Source of the DNA: Thermoproteota archaeon
Lineage (GTDB): Archaea; Thermoproteota; Bathyarchaeia; Bathyarchaeales; JAYEKF01
Length of the DNA: 39,152 bases
Reading direction: 5' to 3'
Assembly (NCBI GenBank): GCA_034660895.1
Contig: JAYEKF010000009.1
Location: 1 to 39,152 of the forward strand
Shown here: positions 37,268-39,152 of the stretch, in pieces
How the letters are laid out: every line of letters starts with the position of its first letter
How positions within the stretch are numbered: the first letter of the stretch is position 1
The notes under the pieces: model-generated
Seen by the model: the letters and a program-made list of their open reading frames with translations, nothing else
What the model was told of the DNA's origin: nothing
Databases searched by the model: none
Program-made: the position numbers and the translations under genes

Positions 37268-37505
37268 GGAAGCTACGATGTTCTAGGAGAACCCATGCAC
37301 AAGCTTATCCTGCTTGGAAATAATGCATTTCCAAGAAGTCTGGAACTTTGACATGGACAGAACTTAAAGATGCTCAATTCATTATGCAGCATCAGACGGC
37401 AAGATAAGATTGTTCTGCACGTACAACAGCATGTACAGAAATGACGTTGAAAAGCAGTTCGCCGCTCCAATTAACGGGTGGGTTAGCAAAATGGAAAAAA
37501 ATTAA
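37268..37505 (+). pseudogene. 3' fragment of a tetraether lipid synthase (Tes/MJ0619-like) radical SAM gene
   Basis: GSYDVLGEPMHKLILLG, frameshift, then MHFQEVWNFDMDRT*RCSIHYAASDGKIRLFCTYNSMYR; matches the MHFQD.YNFD..R..RC.IHY...DG.IIPFC..N C-terminal signature. Confidence 0.7.
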
Positions 37506-37591
37506 CGAGCCAGCATAACTTTCTGGACAGGCTAGAAATGTTCAGAAAATAAGGGAAGTAGCTGGGCTAAAATAAAAGTGAATGAGGGACC

Positions 37592-38746
37592 TCACATCTT
37601 TTTCATTAATCGGTTTATTATTGTCAGTTTCTGAATTTCGGATGTTCCCTCATAGATTTCTGTTATTTTTGCACAACGATGGAAACGTTCAATATGATAA
37701 TCAGCTAAATAGCCATATCCGCCGTGAATTTGAATAGCCTCATCTGTTACTTCCATTGCAACCTTACCCGCAAAGGCTTTCGCCATGGAAGTTGCCATTA
37801 CGTCAACTTTTCCTTGGTCAAAAAGCCAAGCTGCCCTATAAGTTAACATCCTTGCAGCCTCGATTTTTGTCGCCATGTCGGCTAGTTTGAAGGATACTCC
37901 TTGAAATTTTATTATTGGCGAACCGAACTGTTTTCTGGTTTTGGCATATTGAAAGGCACGTTCAAAAGCTCCTTGAGCCATTCCAACGGCTTGAGCGGCA
38001 ACCGTAATTCTTGTTCCGTCGAAAAGTTCAAGGGCGTAATAGAAGCCTCTGTTCAGTTCACCTACTAAGTTATTTTCTGGCACTTTAACATCGCTTAATG
38101 AAAGCGAGCCTGTTACGCACGGCTTGATGCCCATTTTGCCGTGGAGTTTTGTTGCATCCAGTCCATGTACGCCCTTCTCCACCAGGAATATACTTTGTCC
38201 TCTGTGTGACGGTGTAGCATTTGGATCTGTTTGGCAAAGTATAATGAACGTGTCTGCTATTGGAGCGTTTGTTGCGAACTCTTTCCCGCCGTTAATAACC
38301 CATTCGTTTCCGCTTTTTACGGCTGTTGTGTCCATGCGTGTTATGTCGCTTCCGTGTTCAGGTTCTGTGAAGGCTGCCGCGGATATCGCGTCGCCCCTAG
38401 CCAACGGCGGAATATACTTTTTCTTCTGCTTTTCTGTTCCATACTTTAACAAGATGTCTGGAACCATTAGGTTTCCAAGCGACACTGCAGCTCCCAGTCC
38501 CGGGTCAGCTCTGCACATCTCCTTAACCACTATGCAGTCTTCTAGAAGGCCATAACCCTGTCCATCATACTCCTGCGGAATCCTCATGCTTGTAAACCCT
38601 AGCTTGGCTGCTTTTTTGTAAAGCGCTATGGGAAATTCTTCTTTTTTATCTGATTCAAGCGCTAATTCGGGTGTGAACTCCTTTTCACAAAATTCTCTAA
38701 CAGCTTTTTTTATGGCAATCTGCTCTTCGGTTAATTCGAAATCCAT
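37592..38746 (-). CDS. Acyl-CoA dehydrogenase (short-chain/butyryl-CoA type)
   Basis: FTEPEHGSD, RKQFG, QIHGGYGY, catalytic IYEGTSEIQ. Confidence 0.95.
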   Translation of the reverse strand: MDFELTEEQIAIKKAVREFCEKEFTPELALESDKKEEFPIALYKKAAKLGFTSMRIPQEYDGQGYGLLEDCIVVKEMCRADPGLGAAVSLGNLMVPDILLKYGTEKQKKKYIPPLARGDAISAAAFTEPEHGSDITRMDTTAVKSGNEWVINGGKEFATNAPIADTFIILCQTDPNATPSHRGQSIFLVEKGVHGLDATKLHGKMGIKPCVTGSLSLSDVKVPENNLVGELNRGFYYALELFDGTRITVAAQAVGMAQGAFERAFQYAKTRKQFGSPIIKFQGVSFKLADMATKIEAARMLTYRAAWLFDQGKVDVMATSMAKAFAGKVAMEVTDEAIQIHGGYGYLADYHIERFHRCAKITEIYEGTSEIQKLTIINRLMKKM

Positions 38747-38929
38747 TTTTGTTTTCTCCTTTCACTTTAGACTCACCTATTTTCAGCTTTTAACTCATAT
38801 ACTTTACGTTGGTCACACCCTCTATTGTTCTCTGTATCCTCTTTGGGTGTGCACAAATTTGCAGTATGTATTTCTGCTTCATAATTTACTTATCTGTTAA
38901 TCTCGTAGGGAAAGTTTAGTGAAAACGGT

Positions 38930-39152
38930 ATGAACGAATCAGAGCTGGAAAAACTTCAAAACAAAAGAGTGGAATTAGAAACTGAGCTACAGTCGGTGGA
39001 GGAGAAAGAAAAGAATTTAGAAGAAAGGGTTAAAGTGCTTCAAGAAAAACTTGGAATCCAAGAGTTAGAAGGTAAAATCAAAGAAAAACAAAGCGCCCTC
39101 AGCCAGCTTGAATCTCAAGTGAAAGAGCTAGAAGGGAAACTGAAAGAGCCGG
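38930..39152 (+). CDS. Coiled-coil protein, partial (runs off the window end)
   Basis: Open frame MNESELEKLQNKRVELETELQSVEEKEKNLEERVKVLQEKL... with heptad Leu and no stop codon. Confidence 0.75.
   Translation, partial: MNESELEKLQNKRVELETELQSVEEKEKNLEERVKVLQEKLGIQELEGKIKEKQSALSQLESQVKELEGKLKEP

Noticed and set aside
1-39152. tRNA, rRNA, CRISPR array, transposase or integrase
   Set aside because: None recognised by eye in any intergenic region; a covariance-model scan would be needed to exclude small RNAs.

Overview
Archaeal DNA, most likely TACK and probably Bathyarchaeia-like. This is inferred from gene content: unsplit Rpo1 and Rpo2, an HdrA-MvhD fusion, and archaeal TATA/SD signals. From left to right: (1) a 0.1-2.8 kb island of microproteins and relics (Zn-ribbon, 2-TM peptide, broken ASCH gene, RHH, wHTH); (2) a six-cluster polyferredoxin coupled to an HdrA-MvhD fusion; (3) a GNAT and a SAM methyltransferase; (4) an RNA polymerase block rpoB-rpoA(A'+A'' fused)-rpl30e-nusA that lacks the usual flanking rpoH and rps12/rps7; (5) [NiFe]-hydrogenase maturation genes hypE and hypF-acs-hypC-hypD; (6) an MFS transporter; (7) a 26-39 kb short/branched acyl-CoA cluster. 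That cluster holds an isobutyryl-CoA-mutase-type B12 mutase with MeaB and CobO, a Cys-less thiolase-like protein with DUF35, two acyl-CoA dehydrogenases and a CoA-transferase. Its spacers contain broken ends of unrelated genes (cysS, tes-like, lipoate ligase, FabH-like, exonuclease, DUF6125-like). The top leads are a possible second, diverged RNAP operon, kilobase-scale G/T-to-C/A strand-skew flips independent of gene orientation, and the branched-chain acyl-CoA system. All assignments come from motif recognition by eye; no searches were run.
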